Assembly (NCBI GenBank): GCA_963667035.1
Contig: OY762964.1
Span: 96,001-160,000, forward strand
Direction of reading: 5' to 3'
Origin: Candidatus Cloacimonadales bacterium
GTDB lineage: Bacteria > Cloacimonadota > Cloacimonadia > Cloacimonadales > JAFGVF01
DNA: 64,000 nucleotides
Made by a program: the position numbers and the translations under genes
Notes under the pieces: model-generated
What the model was told of the DNA's origin: nothing
The model's database searches: none
The model's input: the letters and a program-made list of their open reading frames with translations, nothing else
In this document: in pieces, positions 1-10,159 of the stretch
Layout: each line of letters begins with the position of its first letter
Position numbering within the stretch: position 1 is the first letter of the stretch

Positions 1-501
1 AGCCATATCATCAGCTAAAACAAGCTTAGTTCTGTATCTTGTCATGTTTGAACCGATATGTGGTATATTCTGAGGGCAAAGTTCATTGTTAAATCTGCGT
101 AGATTAAATACATGCATCATCAATCGTTTAAAGCTGTCATTCTTAATTAATCCGTTCCAGGCAAGAAAGAAAAGATGCGGATTGCCTCCTGAGAAATAGT
201 TATGGATAAACTCATATTTTCTTTTAATATAAGTACTTGGAGTAAAGTTTTTATCCATGGAAAGAATGAAGAAGTAAATTCGCTTTCCCAGATATTTCAA
301 ATGATTTATAAATTCAGGAGTAACGCTATTCTCGTCCAAACTTGTCTTATCGTCATAAACCATGTTCAGGAATTTGATGTCATTTGTTACCGATTCCACT
401 GTGTAGCAATTGTGGAACTCTCGATGTTCTCTGTGAGATATCTCACTTTTAGGAGTATTCTTTGACTTTATGTTATCACTCTTCTTGATTTCTTTTTTCA
501 T
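1..501 (-). CDS. Hypothetical protein, partial (runs off the window edge; missing from the ORF track)
   Basis: Hand translation: ATG at 501 preceded by GGAGG; frame MKKEIKKSDNIKSKNTPKSEISHRE... stays open for 167 codons to position 1. Confidence 0.75.
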   Translation of the reverse strand, partial: MKKEIKKSDNIKSKNTPKSEISHREHREFHNCYTVESVTNDIKFLNMVYDDKTSLDENSVTPEFINHLKYLGKRIYFFILSMDKNFTPSTYIKRKYEFIHNYFSGGNPHLFFLAWNGLIKNDSFKRLMMHVFNLRRFNNELCPQNIPHIGSNMTRYRTKLVLADDMA

Positions 502-724
502 TTACAACCTCCAATAGTAAAGACATGTATAAATTAGTGCAAAGCAGTATTTTTGGCAATAAAAAAGAGTATGAGAAAACCATGAAATGTAAGAAAATTA
601 CATAATGAAGTTCAAAGAGATAGAATCACCCTAAGTTCATTTGAATAATAGTGAAGATTTGCCACATTTATTGTATAGGCTCTCAATAAATCTATAGTAC
701 TTAACAGTCTAACGTGTTAACTTA

Positions 725-1185
725 TGTGTGGGAACCTTCTTTATTGTTTATGATATGCTTAATCTCATTGTGAAGGCTACACATTTTTCTTTTTACGACC
801 TCTCAATCCACTCCTAATTCTATCCCATTTTTATCCCTTTCATGAATCCTTTTGGGCGTCCACCAACCACGGGTTTCTCTCGGGTTAGTCTCCCGTTGGT
901 CTCCCGTTGCTCTCCCGTTGCTCGCAACGAGATAGAAGCGGGAGAAAAATGAGAGAGAAACTCTCGAAAAATTTGTGGTCGGAAGGAAGAGTAAAGGCGA
1001 GTAAAATGAAATAAGGAGTATTGGAAGTATTCCGAAAAGTGTGGCGAGTCACCCTGAGAATAATTAGATTGTCGAATGGAGTAAAATGGGTCTCTCAATA
1101 AATCTTTAGAATTTAATAGCCTAATGTACTAGCTCATGTGATTACAACGTAATTAGCTTTTAGTAATGCGGGGTGACTAAAGATA
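725..1185. repeat. Dispersed non-coding element R1, copy 1
   Basis: Colinear inverted homology to 28453-28910; contains TCTCCCGTTG x3 at 11-bp period (889, 900, 911). Confidence 0.9.
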
Positions 1186-1187
1186 TA

Positions 1188-1219
1188 AGAAAGCCTGCCG
1201 ATATATTCGGCAGGTTTCT
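1188..1219. terminator. Probable intrinsic terminator downstream of the glucan operon
   Basis: AGAAAGCCTGCCGA-TATAT-TCGGCAGGTTTCT hairpin ~100 bp after the GH161 stop. Confidence 0.6.
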
Positions 1220-1320
1220 ACTTTATCCGTACGAATCAAAGATTTTTAGGATGTTTTTGGTAATGGTCGTGTTATATGTATTTCAATCCAAATCCATACG
1301 GTATAAATATTGATTGTGTT

Positions 1321-4300
1321 CTATTCAAAATGAACATCGATTTGCTTCACATCTCTGCCTCTGACAGCCATAGCAACACTATCCGTAAGATATAATCCGG
1401 AAACCGTCTTGGTATTACCATCAGAGTATTTAAGTTCGTAGTTTACCGGTTTTACGCAATCATCCCCATAAGTGTTTCCTCGCTTGGGATTATGATATAT
1501 AACCAATACTTCTCCGAGATACATGAAACTGAAAGAGTCTATCGGGAAACTAACGCTTTCCCATTTTCCATTGATAAACAAGTTTCTGGTTTTAACTGAC
1601 TTTGTAAACAGCCATTCCGGCAAAACCGGTTTGAATTCCAACCGAAGTTTACCCTCTTTGTTCAAAGAAAACGGAGTTCTACCTGTTGCCATGTGCATAA
1701 GAATACTGATAAATTCAGCAGTTGCACCACTTAAACGAGAGACAAAGCCGTTTCCGTGAATTGATGGATCAGGATTACTGCTACTGACAAGGAAGGATGA
1801 GTTTTCAAGTACACTCCTACCATATACGGCAGGATCTAAGAATGGTATGAAAACATTCTTGAAGTCCTCGAAGAACTCATCATAAAGCCCATTCCTAAGA
1901 ACTTCCAGCATATACTTGTATTCCATGTGTAACCAAATTGATTCATTCTCAAACCAGCCGGGGGAGAATGTTCTGGCTCGTCCGATTTCCAATGGCTGAC
2001 TAGCAAGACACTCATTCACTTTATACATCTTTAGCTTGGTATCAAACAACCCGCTTTTCTTAATATTCTTAACAAGATTGCGTGATACTGCCGTATTGTT
2101 ACTTGAACGCAAGAAATGAACCGGACCTTCCAAGAATAAAGGTAGATGGATTGATTCAAACTCCAAAGCTTTAAAGCATGGTAAGCCTTTAGCATTTCTT
2201 TTGATAACTCTTTGACCTTGATTATCTATCGTATATATTAACTCATGTTTAGTGACTTTATTGATAAAGTAAGTGGAAATCACATTCTGCTTTGAATTCC
2301 AAGCTTTGGAAATACCGTCTTCAACTCTCCTGAGTCCTGATTTTAGAAAATCGGTAACATGGTTGAAAGACATCTCTTTATCCTTACCGCTTATTCCAAG
2401 TCTGGTAAGATTTCTAAACTGTTCCTTTAATGTAGTAGCTTTATCCCAATATTCGAAAGGAGAAAGCTTCTCTTTGAGGATAATGTCCAGTGATTCTATA
2501 TAATCATAAACCTCTTCACTGATAGTGAATGATTTACAATCCGAGCTATACTCGTCAATAGCATTAAGCATAAAAGCTATATGACGTTTTACTTCTAAAG
2601 TCTCGCTTAAGCTAGATCCTATGAGTCCTGGTAAACCGTTAAGGGCATCATACCAATTGGGTTTATCAGACTCCATCTCAATTCCAATTCCGGAACCATC
2701 TAGTGAAGCAAGTTTGTTGGTTATCAAGCAAAGCATTTTATTGAAAAGAGTTGTATAATACACATCACCCAAACCATAGTTGGTATGTACTTTGTTAGGG
2801 TCAATTGCTCTCGATTTGATTAAGTTGTCTTTCTCTTCATCAAAAACAACACTGTTAAGTTGCATCATATTCCCGTCCCAGATAACATATTTATCTCTAC
2901 GAGGTGCAACTAAATGGGCATTATCATAGTAAGTATACTCTCTTTCATGGAATATTAAATCTTCTTTTGCTTCAGGATATATGGCTAAATAGTTCTCTAT
3001 TAAGTCGAGATTATATGTCCAGTGGTCTGTCCAGAAACTCTCTCCGTATTCAGTATCATATTTCTTGGAGCTAACCCCCATTAAATCACCTAAGAAATGT
3101 TCAGTCTCCCCTGTAATCTCAATTCCTTCTTTCTTCATGAAAGTCAGTAGTTCACCGGGAGTGAATGGAGATTGCAATTTCTCGGCAACGACACTTACTG
3201 CAGAATCCGATAGATATGGAGTTAGTACCGAATTCAAGGCTTCATTGTTATTGGGAGAGAATCTGATCTCTTTTATAACCAGAGGATTGAAACCATCCAA
3301 TTGTATAAGATTATAAAAATGCTTTATATTACTATCCTTAACATCAGGATTAAAAAATAAATCGCAGCGTCTATTCTGATTTACATCTCGATAGTTACCG
3401 TTCCCTTGTGAATAATGAGTAGGCATAAGTCTGAAATCATTATAATCTCTTTCTAAGTCTCCATGCTTTCTGGAAAACAGGTGAAGAGTGGTAGAACTGT
3501 CTTTTCCTTTAATTGTATATGGCAAACCACCTCTTAAAGTGTTGTCCAGGAAGTTCTGACGAGAATAATGATTAAATTTAGCCTCTTCACTACAAACAAA
3601 GTTATTTTGAGTAATCTTCTTAATCAGTTCGTGGTTAGCCAACCTCTTAGCTTCTATGTATCCTTCTTGAGTAACTTTTGTTGCTATTCTGTTTAACTCA
3701 TCCACGGAATCAGCATGTCCGATTACCGAAATGTAAACAAATGCTTCCTCAGGGTTAACAGATACTTCCGATAAACCCATCGCAGAAGGGAGTCTGTTTT
3801 CTAAAATCTGATTAGCAATGATATCTTCAGGCTTATTCGCTAGAAAAGCTTCCGGTAGCTTGTAGTCTCCTCTGTTTCCAAAGATATGAACCGGATCAAC
3901 AATAGGATTAACTAAACTAGTTTTACCATTAGTTGTAGTAAAACCAAGATAGAAATTACCTTCTTTGATTCTAACCACGTCAGGTCTGTCTGCAGGTTCA
4001 ACTTTACCTTTAAAGAAAGGCACCTTATTCTCAAAGTTTGTGACTTCCACAAATGCTTCAAATAACCTTCTTAAGAATTTTAGACCTGTATTATCCAAAC
4101 CGTATGGCACGATTAAAGGAAGCCCGTCAAGAACATCAAAGCTTATTGCACTTGAGCCTATGTTCTCAATTGTAAGCTCTCTGATTAACCCTGCAAAAGA
4201 ATCATGGGGTACATTATTATATTCAACCGTAAATTTCAGACCAAGAGACTTGTTTATCTCGCAAATTGATAATCCGGCAGGTTTAATAATCATTTCTTGT

Positions 4301-4641
4301 TCTATATCCATCTCTCCCTGATTCAAATCTCTTTGGAAAGGTTCATAGAACTCAACTGTGTTTTCTTTCTTTATCTTCAGAAACGTTCTGAAACCTTGCG
4401 AAGAGACAAGATTATAAGCCCAGTTTGCCGGAAGGAATTCCATCACCGGTTTATGCTTACCTTCAATACCCATACTGCATACGCATTGACCTCGGTTAAC
4501 ATAGAACAGCCACATTGGAATACCTTCTTTACCCGCAAGACCGGGAAAGAAACTTGAAAACAACTTGGATGTATTATAATTGGTGATTACAAACTCACCT
4601 GCATCATTTAGTCGGTATTTAATGTCTTTGGTAGGAATCAA
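1321..4641 (-). CDS. GH161-type beta-1,3-glucan phosphorylase (cytoplasmic)
   Basis: 1106 aa, no signal peptide; motifs WLFYVNRGQ, SRKHGDLERDYN, YSQGNGNYRDVNQNRR, WYDALNGLPG, ENESIWLHMEYKY, RLSGATAEF; laminarin-locus context. Confidence 0.8.
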   Translation of the reverse strand: MIPTKDIKYRLNDAGEFVITNYNTSKLFSSFFPGLAGKEGIPMWLFYVNRGQCVCSMGIEGKHKPVMEFLPANWAYNLVSSQGFRTFLKIKKENTVEFYEPFQRDLNQGEMDIEQEMIIKPAGLSICEINKSLGLKFTVEYNNVPHDSFAGLIRELTIENIGSSAISFDVLDGLPLIVPYGLDNTGLKFLRRLFEAFVEVTNFENKVPFFKGKVEPADRPDVVRIKEGNFYLGFTTTNGKTSLVNPIVDPVHIFGNRGDYKLPEAFLANKPEDIIANQILENRLPSAMGLSEVSVNPEEAFVYISVIGHADSVDELNRIATKVTQEGYIEAKRLANHELIKKITQNNFVCSEEAKFNHYSRQNFLDNTLRGGLPYTIKGKDSSTTLHLFSRKHGDLERDYNDFRLMPTHYSQGNGNYRDVNQNRRCDLFFNPDVKDSNIKHFYNLIQLDGFNPLVIKEIRFSPNNNEALNSVLTPYLSDSAVSVVAEKLQSPFTPGELLTFMKKEGIEITGETEHFLGDLMGVSSKKYDTEYGESFWTDHWTYNLDLIENYLAIYPEAKEDLIFHEREYTYYDNAHLVAPRRDKYVIWDGNMMQLNSVVFDEEKDNLIKSRAIDPNKVHTNYGLGDVYYTTLFNKMLCLITNKLASLDGSGIGIEMESDKPNWYDALNGLPGLIGSSLSETLEVKRHIAFMLNAIDEYSSDCKSFTISEEVYDYIESLDIILKEKLSPFEYWDKATTLKEQFRNLTRLGISGKDKEMSFNHVTDFLKSGLRRVEDGISKAWNSKQNVISTYFINKVTKHELIYTIDNQGQRVIKRNAKGLPCFKALEFESIHLPLFLEGPVHFLRSSNNTAVSRNLVKNIKKSGLFDTKLKMYKVNECLASQPLEIGRARTFSPGWFENESIWLHMEYKYMLEVLRNGLYDEFFEDFKNVFIPFLDPAVYGRSVLENSSFLVSSSNPDPSIHGNGFVSRLSGATAEFISILMHMATGRTPFSLNKEGKLRLEFKPVLPEWLFTKSVKTRNLFINGKWESVSFPIDSFSFMYLGEVLVIYHNPKRGNTYGDDCVKPVNYELKYSDGNTKTVSGLYLTDSVAMAVRGRDVKQIDVHFE

Positions 4642-4676
4642 TTCTACCCCCTTATCAATTATATATTAAAAAAGAA

Positions 4677-4706
4677 AATCAGCCAATACGCTCGTATTGG
4701 CTGATT
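4677..4706 (-). terminator. Intra-operon hairpin/terminator
   Basis: AATCAGCCAATACG-CT-CGTATTGGCTGATT perfect stem followed by a T-run on the minus strand. Confidence 0.75.
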
Positions 4707-4713
4707 GTTATAA

Positions 4714-6591
4714 CTATTTAAGTAGAACCATCTGCTTGGTTGCTACATTCTTATTGTTTACTGAAAGTGTATAGAAATAAACACCTGAAGCAAAGCTGTC
4801 TGCCTGCCATTCTACGTTATATGTATCAGGAGATTTATGTTCATTCACAAGAGTATCCACTAAACGTCCTTTAACATCATAGACTTTAAGAGAGACTTTG
4901 CCCGGTTTGTTGATTGTATAGTTTATGTTTGTTTTCGGATTAAACGGATTCGGATAGTTGTTACCTAATATATAATTAGCATTAACAACACTAGCATGCT
5001 CGTCATCAACATCCTGTGTTTCATCATAGAAATAGATGTTGTCAATATACATAGTTCCAAGATCACCTGAGAAAATTAACTGAGCCAAATGCTCCTTTGT
5101 TGTTAATCCGGTGAAACTTGAAAGAGGTAAATCCAAGCTTATCCAAGTTCCGGAAGCTAGTACCGAATTACCTATAGTTAGCTCATGTTCCACATCGTCT
5201 CCACCTGACCAAGCACCATCAGCACCAAAGTCTACTAACTTAATGTTTAACTCTGTAGTATCAACAACTGCATCAGGAGTCCATATATCGAGATGGAAAT
5301 TGGTCATTGCTCCTGCATTAATAGTTAGAGAAGTAAACTCAATACCGGCAAAAACTACATTAGTATACAATTTTACGTTATCACCGTCGACTAGAATATC
5401 ACTTACATTAGCATTATCCCACTCTGCAGACCATGTATCTACTGTTACATTTGTATATGCATCACTAAACAATGAGATTACACTTTCACTTGGAAGAGTA
5501 GGAGTGGTTGCGGCAACCTCAGGACCCATCGGGCCTGTTCCTCCGGCATGGAAGTAGATGTTATCCACATACAAAGTATTAGGGTCACCCGAGATGATTA
5601 GCTGGGCTAAATGAGCTCTGGTAGTAAGAGCTGTGAAATTATCTAGCGGAATATCGAGACTAATCCATGAATTAGCTATAATCACATCATCACGAAAAGA
5701 CAACTCATGCTCTACATCATCTCCACCCGACCATGCTCCGTCTGCACCAAAATCTACAAGCTTAACTTTTAGTTCTTGAGGACTTGTAATTGTATCGGGT
5801 GTCCATAAATCCAAATGGAAATAATCTAAGTCACTTGCATCTATTGTATTAGATGTAAATTCGATCCCTGCAAATACCAGACTTGTATATAATTTAACAT
5901 CATCCCCTTGAATCTGCACATCGCTAACATTTGCATCATCCCAATCAGCAGACCATGTATCAACTATATTGTTAGTATATGCATTACTGAATATTGAGAT
6001 AACACTTTCACCAGGATGCATTGGTGAAGGTGCTGCAGTTTCAGGTTCAGGAATAGGATCTACATTTGTTTCCGGTAATTGGATATTATCGAAATAAACT
6101 ATATGATCTTCTGTTCTTTCTGCAAAATCGGGAATCACAATTAATCTGCTGTAAGTATTACCAATAGAACCTGAGAAATCAAATGTTATCTCCTCCCATT
6201 GATTAACTTGAGTATTTGGGACTTGTAATTCTATAGGAGCACTTGTTCCTTCGAACTTAATGCCTATATTACTAACAACTGTCTTATAAACCATAATAGT
6301 GATTGTTGAATTGTTAGCATTAAACTCAAATGGGTCAACTTCATCAGTAAAACATAATGCCCAGGCTTGTCCTCCTGCTCTTGCAGTGAACATTGCACTT
6401 GTAGCAGATGTATTAACACCTGTTGTGGTAGGATTAGCAACAAACTCAAGAGGTGGATTATCGCCGTTTTCACCTGCTGTCCAAGCCCATTCGGCACCTA
6501 ATCCGTTTGTTTCAAAATCTACATTAATGTACTGGGCAAAAACAACAGCACTAAGTAGCAATATTATTATAGTAAATATATTCTTTTTCAT
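4714..6591 (-). CDS. Secreted non-catalytic protein with CBM-like repeats and a C-terminal T9SS-A/FlgD-like sorting domain
   Basis: Signal peptide; two copies of a module containing KLVDFGADGAWSGGDDVEHEL; C-terminal NYPNPFNP...SGVYFY...KQMVLLK. Confidence 0.8.
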   Translation of the reverse strand: MKKNIFTIIILLLSAVVFAQYINVDFETNGLGAEWAWTAGENGDNPPLEFVANPTTTGVNTSATSAMFTARAGGQAWALCFTDEVDPFEFNANNSTITIMVYKTVVSNIGIKFEGTSAPIELQVPNTQVNQWEEITFDFSGSIGNTYSRLIVIPDFAERTEDHIVYFDNIQLPETNVDPIPEPETAAPSPMHPGESVISIFSNAYTNNIVDTWSADWDDANVSDVQIQGDDVKLYTSLVFAGIEFTSNTIDASDLDYFHLDLWTPDTITSPQELKVKLVDFGADGAWSGGDDVEHELSFRDDVIIANSWISLDIPLDNFTALTTRAHLAQLIISGDPNTLYVDNIYFHAGGTGPMGPEVAATTPTLPSESVISLFSDAYTNVTVDTWSAEWDNANVSDILVDGDNVKLYTNVVFAGIEFTSLTINAGAMTNFHLDIWTPDAVVDTTELNIKLVDFGADGAWSGGDDVEHELTIGNSVLASGTWISLDLPLSSFTGLTTKEHLAQLIFSGDLGTMYIDNIYFYDETQDVDDEHASVVNANYILGNNYPNPFNPKTNINYTINKPGKVSLKVYDVKGRLVDTLVNEHKSPDTYNVEWQADSFASGVYFYTLSVNNKNVATKQMVLLK

Positions 6592-6613
6592 CTTTCCTCC
6601 ATGATACTATATC

Positions 6614-9600
6614 TTATCTGACAGGTTCGTTAACAGCTTTAACATGATAGAACTTCTTATCTGTTGATGCTGTACCTATCCAACTCGTTGCATTGTAAAC
6701 TCCACCCGAAACGAGAGTAAATTCTCCATCAGGCATGTCGGATTCATAAATTCTGTATGATGTAGCACCTGCAACTTCATCCCATGTGATAGTTACGTCA
6801 GTACCACTAATTGAAACATCAATGTTTTGCGGAACACTTAATCCAATAGGATTATCATTATAGAAATAGACATTATCAACATACACAGTATTTGGATTAC
6901 CTGAAATTATTAACTGAGCCAGATGACTTCTGGTAGTTAGATTTACAAAATCAGATAATGGGATATCAAGACTTACCCATGTTTCTGAACTCATCACGGA
7001 TTCTCCAAAAGTGAGCTCATGTTCGACATCGTCTCCACCAGCCCAAGCTCCATCTGCACCGAAATCTACCAGTTTTACTTTAAACACAGAAGGAGCGGAT
7101 GTATCATCCGGAGTCCAAACATCCAAATGGAAGTGAGTCATTGATGAAGCATCTACTGTCTGAGCGGTAAACTCTATACCTGCATAAACAAGGTTAGTAT
7201 AAAGCTTAACATCGTTACCTTCGATTTGTTCGTTTGCCAGATCGGCTTGATCCCATGCTGCTGACCATGTATCTACGGTAACATTTGTGTATGAGTTACT
7301 AAACAAAGAAACAACATTTTGAGCATCCTCATCAGGAGTCGGAGCTGCCGTTGTAGGAATAGGTTCAGCCATGACAAAGTTGATGTAATAAGTTAAAGTT
7401 GTTGTTTCATCCGCTGCAGTTACGACAATTTCACTTGTACCTGGTATAGTTGGAGGATTGTTCACAACATAACTGGCATTGGGATCATTAGTTATTGCAG
7501 TAACAGAAGGTAAACGTTCCCCTTGGCTAGAAACAATGTATTCGTAAGTTAATACTATCGGTGAGAAACCATCAATAGTTGCTCCGGAAACTCTTAAATC
7601 CGATAGAGTTGCGTCTGTGCCTGCAGCAGTTGGATTCTTCCAGAAATAGATGTTATCTAGATAGACAGTAGAAGGAAAGACTCCTTGCTGACCGTCAAAT
7701 TTCAACTGATGGATATCGGACATCGAAACACCGGTGAAATCTGTAAGAGGAATATCATAGCTGTTCCAAGTTTCAGTATTTAACGGAGTTAATGAAACAA
7801 GGTGTTCTCCGGTAGATATACTGATTGGTGTGAAGAGTATAACGGTAGCATCTTCAGTCCACACATCTATATGAACATATTCCATTAACGATAAGTCTTG
7901 AGTAGTACCCAATTGACTACCTTGATAATTGAAGTTATCATATTTCATCATGTTGTTCCCTTCAATATCTTCAAAGGAAACCTGTGTAGTTTGTCCCCAG
8001 TATGGATTTAGATTAGTTCCGCTAACATTGGTATAAGAATCACTGTATATTGAAATTACATCCTCCTGATTATTAGTAGGATTAGGAGCAGCCTCCGTTA
8101 CAGTTGCAGGTGGATTATCTACAGTGAAGCTGATACTATATGTTTGAGTATCTGTTCCGTTCTGGGCAGTGACGACAACTTCTGTAGTCCCCGGTAACTC
8201 GGTGGCATCATTAACTACATGATTAGCCAGAGGGTCTGTAGTAGTAGCAGTAACTGTTGGAACAACTGTGGTATCCCATGATAATACTATGTCGTATGTG
8301 AGTGTTGAGGGATTAAAACCTGTTATGGTTGAATCATCAACTCTTAAATCGGAGAGAGTAGCATCTGTACCTGTTGTAACAGGAGTTTTCCAGAAATAGA
8401 TGTTATCCAGATATATGGTTGATGGGAATACTCCCTGTTGTCCGTCAAATTTGAGTTGATATATATCGGTCATTGATACACCTGTGAAATCAGAGAGAGG
8501 AATATCGTAGCTATTCCATGACCCGATATTGATAGGTGTTAATGAGACAAGATGCTCACCTGTCGATTGGCTTATAGGGGAAAAGAGAATGACCGTAGCG
8601 TCTGGTGTCCACAAATCAATGTGTAAATACTCCATAACTGCGAGATTCTGAGATGAAGCAAATTCCGTACCTTGATAATTGAAATTATCATATCTCATCA
8701 TGTTGTTCCCTTCAATATCTTCAAAAGTAACTTGAGTTGTTTGTCCCCAGAATGGTGAATAGTTTGTTCCTGTTATATCATTATATGAATCGCTATAAAT
8801 TGACACTACATTTTCCTGTAACTCATCAGGTGTAGGAGCAGGAGTATCCAACACAGTCGGTTCAGCAACAGTAAAATAAATGCTGTAAGTAAGTATTGTT
8901 GTTTCATCTTCTGCAGTTACTTCGACTTCAGTTGTACCTGGTAATTCGGTTGCATCTGTAATCTGATATATTGCTTCAGAAGAAGTTGTTGTAGCCGCAA
9001 CTGTTGGAACGGTTGTTGTCCCGGAAGGTAAAACAACATTGTAGGACAAAGTTGCCGAATCAAATCCTGTTACAGTAACCCCATTAACAGTAAGGTTGCT
9101 TAATGTAGCATCATCACTTAACTGTGGCACTGAATAAAAATAGATATTATCAAGATAGATTGTTGAAGGAGATACCCCTTGCTGTCCATCAAACTTTAGC
9201 TGATGGATATCATTAAAAGCAAGACCTGTAAAACCGGATAAAGGAATATCATAGCTATTCCATGATTCGCTGACTATAGGTGTTAATGAAACGGGAAATT
9301 CTCCCGTTAAAGCACTTACAGGAGTAAACGTCACGACGGTAGCATTATCAGTCCACATATCAATGTGGATATGTGTCATGGCAGTAAGATCATGTGCTCC
9401 GACTAACTGTGTACCTTGATAGTTGAAGTTAGCATACTTAAGCATGTTGTTGGATTCAATTGATTCAGTTGTAACGGTTGTTGTTTGCCCCCAAGGTGGA
9501 GCAAAATCTGTTCCTGCTAAATCAGTATAGGAATCAGAGAAGATAGAGAAAACATTTTCGGAATCTAAAGTTGGTATTGGTGCTACCACTTCCGGTTCTC

Positions 9601-10159
9601 CTGCAGGTGGAGGTGGAGTAACATTTCCTTCCGGAATTACTATATTATCGAAATAAAGAGTGTTATTCTGAGATCTATCAACAAAATCAGGTATAATAAC
9701 CAAACGACTATAACTATTCCCTAAATATCCTGAGAAATCAAATTCCAGCAATTCCCATTCATTTGTGAGAGTATTAGATACTTGAATTTCTACAGGCGTA
9801 CTGCCGCCTTCAAATTTAACAGCGACAGGACTTATAACAGGTTTATACACCATGATTGATACCAAACTGTTGGTAGCATCAAACTCAAATAAGTCAATAT
9901 CGTCTGTATAGCACAAAGCCCAAGCATTCCCTGCATCTTCTGCAATAAATTGAGCTGCTGTTGCAGAATTGTTTATACCACTATTATCCGGATTTACGGG
10001 GAAAGTCAATACAGGATTAGTTCCGTCTTCAGTAACAGTCCAGCCCCAATCTGCTCCTATTCCTCCAGATTCAAAATCAATTGTTATGCTTTGTGCGTTT
10101 AACCCTATAAAGAGTGATAAGCATGTTAAAAGAAAAAATATTATACTTTTTCTATTCAT
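6614..10159 (-). CDS. Secreted multi-module protein of alternating CBM-like and cadherin-like beta-sandwich repeats
   Basis: Signal peptide; three [APTP..SIYSDSY..HIDxWT..WNSYDIPL..YLDNIYF] modules each followed by a DATLSxL.V.G module; a fourth CBM-like module is shared with the 625-aa neighbour. Confidence 0.8.
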   Translation of the reverse strand: MNRKSIIFFLLTCLSLFIGLNAQSITIDFESGGIGADWGWTVTEDGTNPVLTFPVNPDNSGINNSATAAQFIAEDAGNAWALCYTDDIDLFEFDATNSLVSIMVYKPVISPVAVKFEGGSTPVEIQVSNTLTNEWELLEFDFSGYLGNSYSRLVIIPDFVDRSQNNTLYFDNIVIPEGNVTPPPPAGEPEVVAPIPTLDSENVFSIFSDSYTDLAGTDFAPPWGQTTTVTTESIESNNMLKYANFNYQGTQLVGAHDLTAMTHIHIDMWTDNATVVTFTPVSALTGEFPVSLTPIVSESWNSYDIPLSGFTGLAFNDIHQLKFDGQQGVSPSTIYLDNIYFYSVPQLSDDATLSNLTVNGVTVTGFDSATLSYNVVLPSGTTTVPTVAATTTSSEAIYQITDATELPGTTEVEVTAEDETTILTYSIYFTVAEPTVLDTPAPTPDELQENVVSIYSDSYNDITGTNYSPFWGQTTQVTFEDIEGNNMMRYDNFNYQGTEFASSQNLAVMEYLHIDLWTPDATVILFSPISQSTGEHLVSLTPINIGSWNSYDIPLSDFTGVSMTDIYQLKFDGQQGVFPSTIYLDNIYFWKTPVTTGTDATLSDLRVDDSTITGFNPSTLTYDIVLSWDTTVVPTVTATTTDPLANHVVNDATELPGTTEVVVTAQNGTDTQTYSISFTVDNPPATVTEAAPNPTNNQEDVISIYSDSYTNVSGTNLNPYWGQTTQVSFEDIEGNNMMKYDNFNYQGSQLGTTQDLSLMEYVHIDVWTEDATVILFTPISISTGEHLVSLTPLNTETWNSYDIPLTDFTGVSMSDIHQLKFDGQQGVFPSTVYLDNIYFWKNPTAAGTDATLSDLRVSGATIDGFSPIVLTYEYIVSSQGERLPSVTAITNDPNASYVVNNPPTIPGTSEIVVTAADETTTLTYYINFVMAEPIPTTAAPTPDEDAQNVVSLFSNSYTNVTVDTWSAAWDQADLANEQIEGNDVKLYTNLVYAGIEFTAQTVDASSMTHFHLDVWTPDDTSAPSVFKVKLVDFGADGAWAGGDDVEHELTFGESVMSSETWVSLDIPLSDFVNLTTRSHLAQLIISGNPNTVYVDNVYFYNDNPIGLSVPQNIDVSISGTDVTITWDEVAGATSYRIYESDMPDGEFTLVSGGVYNATSWIGTASTDKKFYHVKAVNEPVR

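Noticed and set aside
202..465. 87-aa plus-strand ORF
   Set aside because: Antisense to a longer minus-strand frame that has a clear RBS
820..1098. 92-aa ORF, and similar ORFs at 28543-28746 and 28595-28789
   Set aside because: They lie inside repeat R1; indels and 11-bp unit changes between copies shift the frame, so coding is not conserved
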